DNA of 64,000 bases, taken from NCBI GenBank assembly GCA_035478615.1, contig DATIJN010000140.1:56088-120087 (forward strand). Reading direction: 5' to 3'. The stretch's first letter is position 1; each line of letters starts with the position of its first letter. The notes below the pieces were generated by a model. That model did no database searches. It worked only from the letters and a program-made list of their open reading frames with translations, and was not told where the DNA came from. Position numbers and translations under genes: made by a program. Source of the stretch: Candidatus Saccharimonadales bacterium (GTDB lineage Bacteria > Babelota > Babeliae > Babelales > Chromulinivoraceae). Shown piece by piece: positions 47,821 to 57,401 of the stretch.

Positions 47821-49404
47821 ATGCAATTTGACCATATTGATTTAAAAAACATAAATTATATTAATTTTCAATATTACAATGATATCATCACAAGTGACGA
47901 TTATGATACGAAGAAAGAATTCTTTGATGATGCTGGTAAAGAGCATTATCGTTTATTATCTTATTTATCAACACTAGTTAATCATAAAACAATCATTGAC
48001 ATTGGTACACATCGTGGTAGTAGCGCTTTAGCATTATCTTATAATATGAAAAACACTGTCATTTCGTTTGATATTGTGGATAATGTGACCAATCAACATA
48101 TCCGTAATCAAAAAAATATCATTTTGTTACATGAAAATATATTTAACGATTTATCTTTGTATCAATCACTATTATTATCATCACCAATCATATTGATTGA
48201 TATTGATCCTCACGATGGTGAACTGGAATATAAATTAGTCCAGTTTTTACACCAACATGAATATCAAGGATTAATTATATGTGATGACATTTGGCATTTT
48301 GAAAAGATGAGAAATCATTTTTGGTATCTGATTGATGATCAATACAAATTTGATGTCACAGAATTTGGACATTGGTCTGGTACAGGATTCATTACATTTA
48401 ATCCAATGTTGTTAAATGATTTAGCAAAATATAAATATGATAATAGTCATTGGACGCTAGTTACCGCTTATTTTAATTTAACAAAATGTCCCGATGCAAG
48501 TGATGACATTAAAAAACGTGATCAATCTTATTATTTACAACATGCGTATTCAACTTTATCATTACCACATAACTTGGTTGTTTATTGTGATGCTGAAAGT
48601 TATCCACTCATTAATCAAATACGGCCAACGTATTTGAAAAGTAGAACCGTTTACATTATAAAACAGTTTGATGAATTTAAAATTGATGATATTCAATTTG
48701 AATTATGGCGTAATAAAATTACAGAATCACGCTTTAATAAAATAAAATCAAATACACGTAATACACCAAGTTATTATTTATTTTGTTTATCTAGATACAT
48801 CATGTTACAAGAAGTGATGAAAAACAATTACTTTCATAGTACGCACTTTGCCTGGATTAATATATGTATTCAACGTATGGGGATTAATAATGTACGATTA
48901 TTACCATTGGCATTATCGGTGAATCGTGATCAATTTTCGACTTGTTATATTAATTATTTACCGAAAGATGTCGTTAACGACAACGAAGACTTTTGGCGTG
49001 TGGGTGCATGTACAATGTGTTCAGGTTTTTTCACAGGAAGAGCAGATTATATGCAACGCTTTTGTACAATATTGTTAGAAAAATTTATTTATTTTTTAAA
49101 GAAATTAAAATCTCATGCTGATGAACAATTATATTCACCCATTTACTTTGAAAATCCTGATTTATTTAGTTTTTATTATGGTGATTACACAAGTATGATC
49201 AGTAATTATGTATATGTTCACGATGATGCAAATAGTATCATTTATCAGTTTATTAATAGTAGTTTTATATTTCAAAACTATGCATTATGTAAAGAAGCTT
49301 GTGAATTTTTGATTCAATCTTTAAAATTAAAAAAATTACAGTTAGAACAAGTTGAATTTGAACATTTAGCTATGTTTCATTTATATTGTTTATTACTTGT
49401 ATAA
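47821..49404 (+). CDS. Fusion of a class I SAM methyltransferase-like N-domain with an HtrL/YibB-like (LPS-associated) C-domain
   Basis: IIDIGTHRGSSALALS...VISFDIV...ILIDIDPHDG. C-domain WTLVTAYFNL, PSYYLFCLSRY...FAWINICI, ADEQLYSPIYFENPDLF resemble my recollection of E. coli HtrL. Confidence 0.45.
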   Translation: MQFDHIDLKNINYINFQYYNDIITSDDYDTKKEFFDDAGKEHYRLLSYLSTLVNHKTIIDIGTHRGSSALALSYNMKNTVISFDIVDNVTNQHIRNQKNIILLHENIFNDLSLYQSLLLSSPIILIDIDPHDGELEYKLVQFLHQHEYQGLIICDDIWHFEKMRNHFWYLIDDQYKFDVTEFGHWSGTGFITFNPMLLNDLAKYKYDNSHWTLVTAYFNLTKCPDASDDIKKRDQSYYLQHAYSTLSLPHNLVVYCDAESYPLINQIRPTYLKSRTVYIIKQFDEFKIDDIQFELWRNKITESRFNKIKSNTRNTPSYYLFCLSRYIMLQEVMKNNYFHSTHFAWINICIQRMGINNVRLLPLALSVNRDQFSTCYINYLPKDVVNDNEDFWRVGACTMCSGFFTGRADYMQRFCTILLEKFIYFLKKLKSHADEQLYSPIYFENPDLFSFYYGDYTSMISNYVYVHDDANSIIYQFINSSFIFQNYALCKEACEFLIQSLKLKKLQLEQVEFEHLAMFHLYCLLLV

Positions 49405-49435
49405 TATAATACAAATTTAAATTGTATTATATTAT
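49401..49435. terminator. 13-bp stem hairpin
   Basis: ataatataataca-aatttaaat-tgtattatattat. Confidence 0.5.
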
Positions 49436-49447
49436 TATAATTAAAAA

Positions 49448-50650
49448 ATGAAACCTGTTACATTAATCAGTGGTATTAATAACATGTCTATTTTTTATTA
49501 TCAAAACAAAAAATTTTACTTTTTTGGTGATTTACATGAACAAAATCAACACAGTTGTGATCAAGAATACGCGTGCGATTATTTTAATTATGATTTTTCA
49601 CATGTTGAAACACATGGTTCATCATGTACAACCATCGGTCCTTTGTTATTTTATTGGTTTAACTATAATAATGCAAATGGGATTCATACTGATTTTTTGT
49701 TTGAAGAATCCTATACGAAAAAAAATGAAAGACAATACTATCAGTATTTTAAACAAATTGTTGATATTAGAAAATCTCAACACGTCAATGTTTTATCGAC
49801 GATATTTCCGCGCAAAGATATGAGTTGGTTAGCATTAACGGGTGCTCTATTACAACCATGTTTATATAAAAATAAGGACAAATGTAAATATCAGTATGTT
49901 CATATGCACAATGTCGATATCAGAGCGTTAGAAGGGGAAAAAGTGAGTCCATTTTCTCTCATTTTCCTCGAAGAGGAATTGCAGTCATTTTACCCACCCG
50001 ATATTAAAGATGAACTTATATTCATTGTAAAAACATTATTATATCGCTATCGTGATATTATTAAAGCGTTGGTTGATGATTATGATGACGATTTAAAAAC
50101 CATCTACGATGATTTATTTAAATCGTTATATTATCTAAAACCGATTTATCAACAACAGGTAAACTTAATGAAACAAATGTATATTAATAATACACATATC
50201 ATTGCGACAGAATTAAAAAAATTAAATTCAGGAATTAGACATAACATCATTAATTTCATCCTTCATTTATCCGATGATTACATCAAACCCATCATTGATC
50301 AATTTGATCAATGGATTAATAAATGGTTTTACTATTTCGACAATGAAACACCCGATGAACAATTGAATACCTTAACTTTATTACTAACAACATATATGAA
50401 TCATTTTACCGTTTTAGCTGCCTATACTATGGATATTTATGTTTTATGTAAGTTGTTTTTAGCGGAAGGTGATGATGTTATTGTTTATACCGGCGCATAT
50501 CATATTGAAGTTTATAATTTGTTTTTTAAACAATTGACTGAACCTATTTTTGAATCAAAAACATATGAGCATCGCAAATGTATTCAATTTGATCAATTAC
50601 CAAAGTATTTAAATGTGAATCAATTTCGTGAATTTTATTATATTATTTAA
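49448..50650 (+). CDS. Hypothetical protein
   Basis: ATG ORF of 400 aa. Confidence 0.5.
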   Translation: MKPVTLISGINNMSIFYYQNKKFYFFGDLHEQNQHSCDQEYACDYFNYDFSHVETHGSSCTTIGPLLFYWFNYNNANGIHTDFLFEESYTKKNERQYYQYFKQIVDIRKSQHVNVLSTIFPRKDMSWLALTGALLQPCLYKNKDKCKYQYVHMHNVDIRALEGEKVSPFSLIFLEEELQSFYPPDIKDELIFIVKTLLYRYRDIIKALVDDYDDDLKTIYDDLFKSLYYLKPIYQQQVNLMKQMYINNTHIIATELKKLNSGIRHNIINFILHLSDDYIKPIIDQFDQWINKWFYYFDNETPDEQLNTLTLLLTTYMNHFTVLAAYTMDIYVLCKLFLAEGDDVIVYTGAYHIEVYNLFFKQLTEPIFESKTYEHRKCIQFDQLPKYLNVNQFREFYYII

Positions 50651-50686
50651 TATAACATATTAGTACTATGCTAATATGTTATATTA
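50648..50686. terminator. 16-bp stem hairpin, copy 1 of a motif reused at 51265
   Basis: taatataacatattag-tactatg-ctaatatgttatatta. Confidence 0.5.
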
Positions 50687-50706
50687 TATATAAAATGATT
50701 AATTAA

Positions 50707-51267
50707 ATGAAAAATAATCAAAAAATGGATGATTGTTTAGGAGTCATTTTAAAATGGATACCATTGAAAAAATTGTTAACGTGGCGATGCGTATCAACAT
50801 CTATGAATCGTTGCATTGAAAAAACAATTAAAACCATGTCTGTTAGGGAATTAAGAAAACCTTTACGTACTATCATTCGTAGAAAAGATGTTCGATTATT
50901 AACATTATTAAATCACTTAATCAAACCTGATTATTTTTTATTTCGATTCGCATGCGCCAATCATCGAAATGATAAAATCATTCAACTGATGATTGAAACG
51001 CATGTCAATTTATTATGGATTGCTCATGTTATACGTACTCTTGATCATCTTCATTATAAGTTATTATTTACATTATTGAGATATGATGTCGATTTGTTTA
51101 TTAAAGTAGTTGGACAAGTAGTTGGACGATTATCAACACCCAAACATATAATCGTCTTACATTATGGTAGTGGTTTTGTGGTGGGACAAGATTGTTATAT
51201 GACATTTTTAAATCCTGTACCAAAAAGAACACCTCACGAATTTAAGTTATTAATGGATAATATTTAA
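50707..51267 (+). CDS. F-box-like N-terminal domain protein (Arg/Leu-richer than its neighbours)
   Basis: DCLGVILKWIPLKKLLTWRCVSTSMNRCI. Confidence 0.45.
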   Translation: MKNNQKMDDCLGVILKWIPLKKLLTWRCVSTSMNRCIEKTIKTMSVRELRKPLRTIIRRKDVRLLTLLNHLIKPDYFLFRFACANHRNDKIIQLMIETHVNLLWIAHVIRTLDHLHYKLLFTLLRYDVDLFIKVVGQVVGRLSTPKHIIVLHYGSGFVVGQDCYMTFLNPVPKRTPHEFKLLMDNI

Positions 51268-51294
51268 CATATTAGCACTTAGGCTAATATGTTA
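51265..51294. terminator. Hairpin, copy 2 of the same motif
   Basis: taacatattag-cacttagg-ctaatatgtta. Confidence 0.5.
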
Positions 51295-51308
51295 TATTAA
51301 AATTTGTG

Positions 51309-51755
51309 TTAGATAAATTTATATACATTTGGTGTATTGTTTTGAAACACTTCAAGCATTTGAACTTGCATAATTTCTGGATATTTTAATAATGTTAATT
51401 CATAAATATCACGATAATTGTTTCGTTTGAGAAATTGATACAATCGTTCATTTATTATCTGTTCTACCAATATAACATTGTAATTAAACTGTGGTGATTC
51501 TTGTTCAAACAAGTAAAGATAATGTCTAAACGATCCTTTGCCGCGCGCATGCTCATAAAAACTAATGTTTGAAATTTCTAACGTTTTATTGTTTGATTTA
51601 CCAAATAGATCCATTCGTTTAGTTGATCTTATATACATTTGTCCTTCAGGAACATCAAACCAATTGCTTTTTATATTTTCCAATGTTTTTAATATAGTGA
51701 TGACTATATTTTTTCTTAATTCATAAGTTGTTTCTTTATCATACACATCTTCCAT
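51309..51755 (-). CDS. Possible GNAT-type acetyltransferase
   Basis: Only a motif-A-like YEHARGKGSFRHYLYLFE supports the call; weak. Confidence 0.35.
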   Translation of the reverse strand: MEDVYDKETTYELRKNIVITILKTLENIKSNWFDVPEGQMYIRSTKRMDLFGKSNNKTLEISNISFYEHARGKGSFRHYLYLFEQESPQFNYNVILVEQIINERLYQFLKRNNYRDIYELTLLKYPEIMQVQMLEVFQNNTPNVYKFI

Positions 51756-51793
51756 TTATAATTATAAATATAAATATAAAATTATATTTATAA

Positions 51794-54700
51794 TTAAATC
51801 TTATGAAATAACCAGCAAGGTTGTGGATTTTTCGGTTGTTTATTATTATCAAATTCAGTATAACTAATTACTCCTAAAAATTCAGCATCGTCATGAATAT
51901 CAATGAAAATATCGACCATCTGTTCAGTATAGTTTGCTACATCTTTTATATCGTTAATAATAATCACCATGTGTCCGTTTTTATCTAAAACGTCCCACGA
52001 TTTATTAAGTGAAGCGATTAAGAAATCATCAAACCATGTATTTAAATCACGATTAAAAATGGATTGTGTTTCTTCATCTGTATATACTTCTAAATTGAAG
52101 TAAGGCGGGCTTGTTATAACGAGGTCATATGTCGTATTCTCTGGTAATATAGCGGTTTCAAACGATGATTGTATCATGATCAATTTATTTTTATCAATAC
52201 CAAAATGGTTAATGATGTCTTGATATTTTGGATGTAAACAACTGTTTGGATCAACGCCAACATACAAATCTACCCCAGCAGCCATAGCACCAATCAGTCT
52301 ATCACCCCATCCTGCTGAAAAATCAAGGATACGATGTGCCTTAAACATTTTAATAAATCCAACCACGATTGTTGGTCTGAAAGAGGTTACTTCGCCAGCA
52401 AGTCGATATATAGCTTCACGTAAACTATATTGACTTGTATTATGGTACCATTCTTGTGATTTTTGATAAACAAAATCCTTATTTTGTTGCCAGTAATCAT
52501 ATGGACTTAATGGTTGATCATATCGACGTGCTTTCATGCGACATTCATCGACAAAATAATCCGAAATGAGATTATATTTCAAATAATCTTCAGATTTGTT
52601 ATTAATTAATAAATGATTATATTTAAATTTTTTATTGATGTACCAATCACCTGTAATATTACGTATCGTATATGGCATGCGCACTGTTGTAAACTTGTAA
52701 TTTTTTAAATTTTTAAAACGTTTATCAATATCAAAAACATTGATACTGTATTTTTTATAGGGAAAGTCATCATACGGACTTTGAAAAACTTGATAGTAAA
52801 GACGCTGTGGATTATTATTTTGATAATAATCAAGGTAAATGGATTTAAGTTGATGTTTTGAAAATAGAGCGTCAATTTGTTGTTTTGTCATTAAATGAAG
52901 CGGATCTTCTTTTTCCTTTTCTTTTACATACCAAAATAGATGGATGAGTTCGATAAATTGTAAAAATGCATCAGTTTGATCGTCATCGTGTTCACGTATG
53001 ATAACAATCCCTCCAGGCATTAAAATACGCGCAACCTCATTCATGATGTGTAATCTATTGTCTGGTGGTATATGATGTAATACAGCAAACAATAATACAA
53101 CATTGACACTTTTATCAGGTAATGGAATATTTGAATTATCATAAGTTAAAACGGTCACATTATTTAATGTTGGTAATTTTTGATCAATCGCGTAAACATT
53201 TGATTTGTTTAAATGGTAGTATTCAGCCACAGCTGATACAATATCACCTTTTCCAGCACCAATATCAATTAATATCATATCAGATGTATTAAAATTTAAT
53301 GTTTTTAATATTTTATCAACACTTTTAACGCGGTCTTCAATACGCTCAGCCGATTTTGTTTTTTTTGTTAAAACCAATGAATTGAGCAAATTTTCTAAAT
53401 CTTGTTCAGGTTGTACGGAATTAAATAACATTTTAACCTTGGATAAAATATCAATAGGACTAGTATCGTAATGTTTTTTGATTGTATTGACTAATGCATG
53501 AACATAAAAATCAGATGGTGCATATAAATTGGATAACATTTCAAAAATAGGTTCATCAGATGGGATTAATGTTGATAAATCAATTTTTTGCTTATTAATC
53601 AAATTGATTAATTGATGATCAACGTGAACTTGATCAACATTCACTTTTTGTTTCAGTTTACTAATTAAATCGTCATTGTTGTCAAACAATGTTCTAATAC
53701 CTTCATCTTCTTGACTACCAATGACTTCGTAATGATTATTTAAATTTAATAATAATATGCTATATTTGTAAATATAGCTGTCATCACATTGATAGGTTGA
53801 TTTATATAATGTTAAATCTTCATCGTAAGTAAATAAAACAATATCAATCTGAATGAGATAAGATACTAAACTTAATAAATCATCGAGCGGTTGATTGGAT
53901 TGTAAATACCATTTTAAACCTGATAATGTGTAATCTTTTATCAATATTATATCGCCTTGGTTGATATAATTTAAAACTTGTTGTAATAATAGTTCAGCAA
54001 ATTGTCCATGATTGTAATTAATCCACACTTCTTTTGTTAATTTAGATGACAATTCAATCCTAAATTGTTTAATCAATGCGCTGCGTGTGATGGCGTCGGT
54101 TTGATTTTGATAATCTTCAGAATAGGCCATTAAAATCGCTGATAAAAATGAGTTATTTTTATCATTAACCGTACCTATTCTTACCATGTGTTTGTGTAAT
54201 AATGTATTAATGGGTTTGATATCGTTATTGGCTAGTGGTGATAGGCGATTAAAAACAATCATGGGATATTGAATATCAGGTAATTGTATATTATTTTTAT
54301 CGACAACAATATCTTTTATTTTTTGATAATAACCATAGGTGAATAATGATGAATAGGTTTTAGCATCATCGGATAATAACAATTCATCAGTTGCCCATCG
54401 TTGCTCAATTAATTCGATACCAAATTGACGTAATTTTTTAGTCAATAAAGGTAATGTCACTAAAAATTCCCATTGTTTATCAACAATGCCAGAAATTTGC
54501 GCACGCACAAATTGATTATCGTACAATGTAAATTGAGCATCATTTAAAATTAATGTGTCATGTTGTTTTAAATACGGTAGTAGTTTATCACCATCAATCG
54601 AAAAAAACACAATATAACCCCCCACTGCTAAATTATTGGCTATCGTGTTAGCAAGCGCTTGGACATGTTTATCCGATGCCCAGAAAAAAGATAATGATAA

Positions 54701-56551
54701 CATTAACGAGATGACATCAACTTTAGATTTAATAGTATTGGTAATAAGCTTCGTATCTTCACCCGTTGTATTGATTGTCACAACTTTATCAGCTAAGGCT
54801 GTTTTTGACAGCCTTTTTAATAATTCATCCAAATTTTTAGCGTTCGGTTCAACAGTAAAAACTTTTCCTGCTCCCGATTGGATCCATTTTTGAATATCAC
54901 CTCCTTTTCCCCCACCAATATCAAGTAACATATAATGATGTTTTATTTTTAATTGATTAAAATGAGGATATGGTGTTACAAGGCCATATAACAACTTTTT
55001 AATTTGATTATGATATTTTTTAACAAATTCTAATGTATCACCGATCAAGTCACTTTTTAATATCGGATCATGGATATCATGCCAATTTGATTCAGCGATA
55101 TCTAATTGATTGGGCCCTGATTTATCATGGCGTATTTTAAGCGGTTTTAATTTATGACAAAATTTGTCATAAAACGTTTCCACAATTTTATGATGATATA
55201 GCTGATAATCATCATAAAATGATTGATCAATCATATCATCCGATATTGGATAAAAGGGTACTTTTTTGTTTGTTTTCGTATCAAATACGTATAAATTAAT
55301 TTGTTGCTGATTATTTTTAACAATTTCGAAATCAATGGTTATTTTATGCGGTGGTTTCCACTTGCAAATATCAGGATAATTTAATAACTTTCTCTTAGAA
55401 AGAGGAAGTGTATGACTGTTATAATTGTAACGATTTGTTGGCGTGATGATAAAACCATCTTGTGGATAGGGTAATAAGAGTTGTTCCTGAAACAATGTTT
55501 TCATGACGTTATAAAACCCATTTAATGTGATTAAATGGGTTTCTTTTTTAACAAATTCATACAACATTGTTTTATCAACAATGGTATTAATATGATCACT
55601 GCGTGATTGTAAAGTATCATGACGTATATCTTGATCGTGGTAAATCAAACAATCATAAATCAATACATAATAAGTTACACCATTAATATCTTTAACCACT
55701 TCACATTCGTAAACATCTAATGATTTATAAATAGCAACAAGACGCGATGATGGTACTAATAAATTAAAATAATTTGATGATACTAACCAAATACCGATTG
55801 GATTATAAATTAAATAATGTCTTTCACCATCCGCTTTATGAGCAATGACATAATTTGTGATGGTGTTATTCACTATACCACCATTGATTAAATCAATATA
55901 TTTAATGTTTCTCGCTTTGGTTAAAATATCTTTACTCAAATGTTTAAGTCCTTTGAAACCTAAGATGGTATTCATTTGATTAATCAAATGATCAATATCA
56001 CGTTTTAATACAAAATTTTCCGATTGATTTATAATTTTATAAATGTATAAAATGGATTGAATAAAATTTTCAAAATGAAAATTTTTAATATCACCAATAT
56101 ATTCAAGTTCAATTTCGTAGGGTTGTTTTTTATTCATAACCATGGTTAAATCGGCGCGATAATGTTTATGAATCATGAATTGATGGCGTAATCGGTGTCT
56201 TGTGTGTATTGGCGAGCCTAAAGGATTATGGTTTAGTAATTTTGTTTCTTCACTGATACTGACAACAAATCCATATACATTTAAATAACGTGAATCATCT
56301 TTGATGCGTACTTTTTTCTCAAATGTCGATTCATTTTTGGTGACAATTTGCCTTACATGATCAGTAAATTGATATACGGTTGATTCTTCAAAAATCTCGT
56401 CAAAATGTTGTTGTAAATGTTTTAATAATAAATCATAGATTGAATGAATTTTGTATTCCGGTGTAATTTTAAATTTGACCTCAATTTCCAAATGGGACAA
56501 GTCTGATGGATTAATCGATACATCCGATAACAATTCATCAAAATTCAACAT
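51794..56551 (-). CDS. mRNA capping enzyme (TTM triphosphatase + guanylyltransferase + cap N7-methyltransferase) fused to an OTU-like module and two additional SAM methyltransferase domains
   Basis: HLEIEVKF (res 20-27) and YEIELE (145-150); HKADGER (K239), QDGFIITP, CKWKPPHKITIDF; MLLDIGGGKGGD (541-552); NDKNNSFLSAIL (796-807) ... NNHYEVIG (938-945); ILIDIGAGKG (1093-1102) + VVLLFAVLHHIP + MPGGIVII; ILDFSAGWG (1408-1416) + LVITSPPY (1477-1484). Confidence 0.85.
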   Translation of the reverse strand: MLNFDELLSDVSINPSDLSHLEIEVKFKITPEYKIHSIYDLLLKHLQQHFDEIFEESTVYQFTDHVRQIVTKNESTFEKKVRIKDDSRYLNVYGFVVSISEETKLLNHNPLGSPIHTRHRLRHQFMIHKHYRADLTMVMNKKQPYEIELEYIGDIKNFHFENFIQSILYIYKIINQSENFVLKRDIDHLINQMNTILGFKGLKHLSKDILTKARNIKYIDLINGGIVNNTITNYVIAHKADGERHYLIYNPIGIWLVSSNYFNLLVPSSRLVAIYKSLDVYECEVVKDINGVTYYVLIYDCLIYHDQDIRHDTLQSRSDHINTIVDKTMLYEFVKKETHLITLNGFYNVMKTLFQEQLLLPYPQDGFIITPTNRYNYNSHTLPLSKRKLLNYPDICKWKPPHKITIDFEIVKNNQQQINLYVFDTKTNKKVPFYPISDDMIDQSFYDDYQLYHHKIVETFYDKFCHKLKPLKIRHDKSGPNQLDIAESNWHDIHDPILKSDLIGDTLEFVKKYHNQIKKLLYGLVTPYPHFNQLKIKHHYMLLDIGGGKGGDIQKWIQSGAGKVFTVEPNAKNLDELLKRLSKTALADKVVTINTTGEDTKLITNTIKSKVDVISLMLSLSFFWASDKHVQALANTIANNLAVGGYIVFFSIDGDKLLPYLKQHDTLILNDAQFTLYDNQFVRAQISGIVDKQWEFLVTLPLLTKKLRQFGIELIEQRWATDELLLSDDAKTYSSLFTYGYYQKIKDIVVDKNNIQLPDIQYPMIVFNRLSPLANNDIKPINTLLHKHMVRIGTVNDKNNSFLSAILMAYSEDYQNQTDAITRSALIKQFRIELSSKLTKEVWINYNHGQFAELLLQQVLNYINQGDIILIKDYTLSGLKWYLQSNQPLDDLLSLVSYLIQIDIVLFTYDEDLTLYKSTYQCDDSYIYKYSILLLNLNNHYEVIGSQEDEGIRTLFDNNDDLISKLKQKVNVDQVHVDHQLINLINKQKIDLSTLIPSDEPIFEMLSNLYAPSDFYVHALVNTIKKHYDTSPIDILSKVKMLFNSVQPEQDLENLLNSLVLTKKTKSAERIEDRVKSVDKILKTLNFNTSDMILIDIGAGKGDIVSAVAEYYHLNKSNVYAIDQKLPTLNNVTVLTYDNSNIPLPDKSVNVVLLFAVLHHIPPDNRLHIMNEVARILMPGGIVIIREHDDDQTDAFLQFIELIHLFWYVKEKEKEDPLHLMTKQQIDALFSKHQLKSIYLDYYQNNNPQRLYYQVFQSPYDDFPYKKYSINVFDIDKRFKNLKNYKFTTVRMPYTIRNITGDWYINKKFKYNHLLINNKSEDYLKYNLISDYFVDECRMKARRYDQPLSPYDYWQQNKDFVYQKSQEWYHNTSQYSLREAIYRLAGEVTSFRPTIVVGFIKMFKAHRILDFSAGWGDRLIGAMAAGVDLYVGVDPNSCLHPKYQDIINHFGIDKNKLIMIQSSFETAILPENTTYDLVITSPPYFNLEVYTDEETQSIFNRDLNTWFDDFLIASLNKSWDVLDKNGHMVIIINDIKDVANYTEQMVDIFIDIHDDAEFLGVISYTEFDNNKQPKNPQPCWLFHKI

Positions 56552-56590
56552 TTGTATTATATGAAATAAATTATTAAATTTTAATCATTA

Positions 56591-56619
56591 TTTATATGAC
56601 TATTAAATAGTCATATAAA
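56591..56619. promoter_or_regulatory. 12-bp stem palindrome in the capping-enzyme head-to-head spacer
   Basis: tttatatgacta-ttaaa-tagtcatataaa. Confidence 0.3.
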
Positions 56620-56636
56620 TTTTATTATTATAATAA

Positions 56637-57122
56637 ATGCATATTGGTAATAGTGATGTCGAAGAAACTATTATATTACAATTACCCTATGACGATTTGA
56701 AAAAATTATGTCAATCTAATAAGATGATGTATTCTTTTTGTAAAACAAATAATGTATTACAGAGTCGGTTTCGTAGGATTAATGATATCATCAAATTTGT
56801 ATTTGATTCCATTCCAAAAACTGATTATGATTATCGATCATTTATACATGGTGATCATGTACATATTGATTTTATAATATCCAACACATTAACGGGTGAT
56901 CTTTTAAGCAATATCATGCGTAAACATCATATAAAATATAATTTAAGAAGTTTTAATAAATTTAATACATTGTCTATATTCTATTATAAATTTGATGAAT
57001 ATGCTATTTCAATAGAAATGTCAAACCCTAAATCGACTACTTATGTTTATGTTGATAAAGAAAAACTTATTCCACTTCTTTTTGAATTATTATATGATGG
57101 ATATATTATTTATATATCATGA
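56637..57122 (+). CDS. F-box-like N-terminal domain protein
   Basis: VEETIILQLPYDDLKKLCQSNKMMYSFCKTNNVL. Confidence 0.5.
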   Translation: MHIGNSDVEETIILQLPYDDLKKLCQSNKMMYSFCKTNNVLQSRFRRINDIIKFVFDSIPKTDYDYRSFIHGDHVHIDFIISNTLTGDLLSNIMRKHHIKYNLRSFNKFNTLSIFYYKFDEYAISIEMSNPKSTTYVYVDKEKLIPLLFELLYDGYIIYIS

Positions 57123-57376
57123 TAAATATAAATTATGTTAAATATTTCATCAATACGATCGTAAACAGATGAACGAGTTGCTATGGTTATCAACTCATTG
57201 TCATTCATCAAATTGTGAAGTATAAGCATGTATTGCATTTCAGTATTCATCATGATCGACAACAAATAATGATCAAATCTGATACTATAAATATCATCAT
57301 TACTATTTTCATCTATTGGTTTTTTGTTAGTAAATCCATAAATTTTATATTTAATATACGCTATTAAACTATTCAT
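57110..57376 (-). CDS. Hypothetical protein
   Basis: ATG ORF of 88 aa. Confidence 0.35.
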   Translation of the reverse strand: MNSLIAYIKYKIYGFTNKKPIDENSNDDIYSIRFDHYLLSIMMNTEMQYMLILHNLMNDNELITIATRSSVYDRIDEIFNIIYIYHDI

Positions 57377-57401
57377 TTAATATAGTAATTTAAAAAAATT
57401 T

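Noticed and set aside
49448-50650. Possible metallophosphatase call from FFGDLHE near the N-terminus.
   Set aside because: Only one of the four or five calcineurin-like motifs can be found; GDxxDRG and GNHE are absent. Left as hypothetical.
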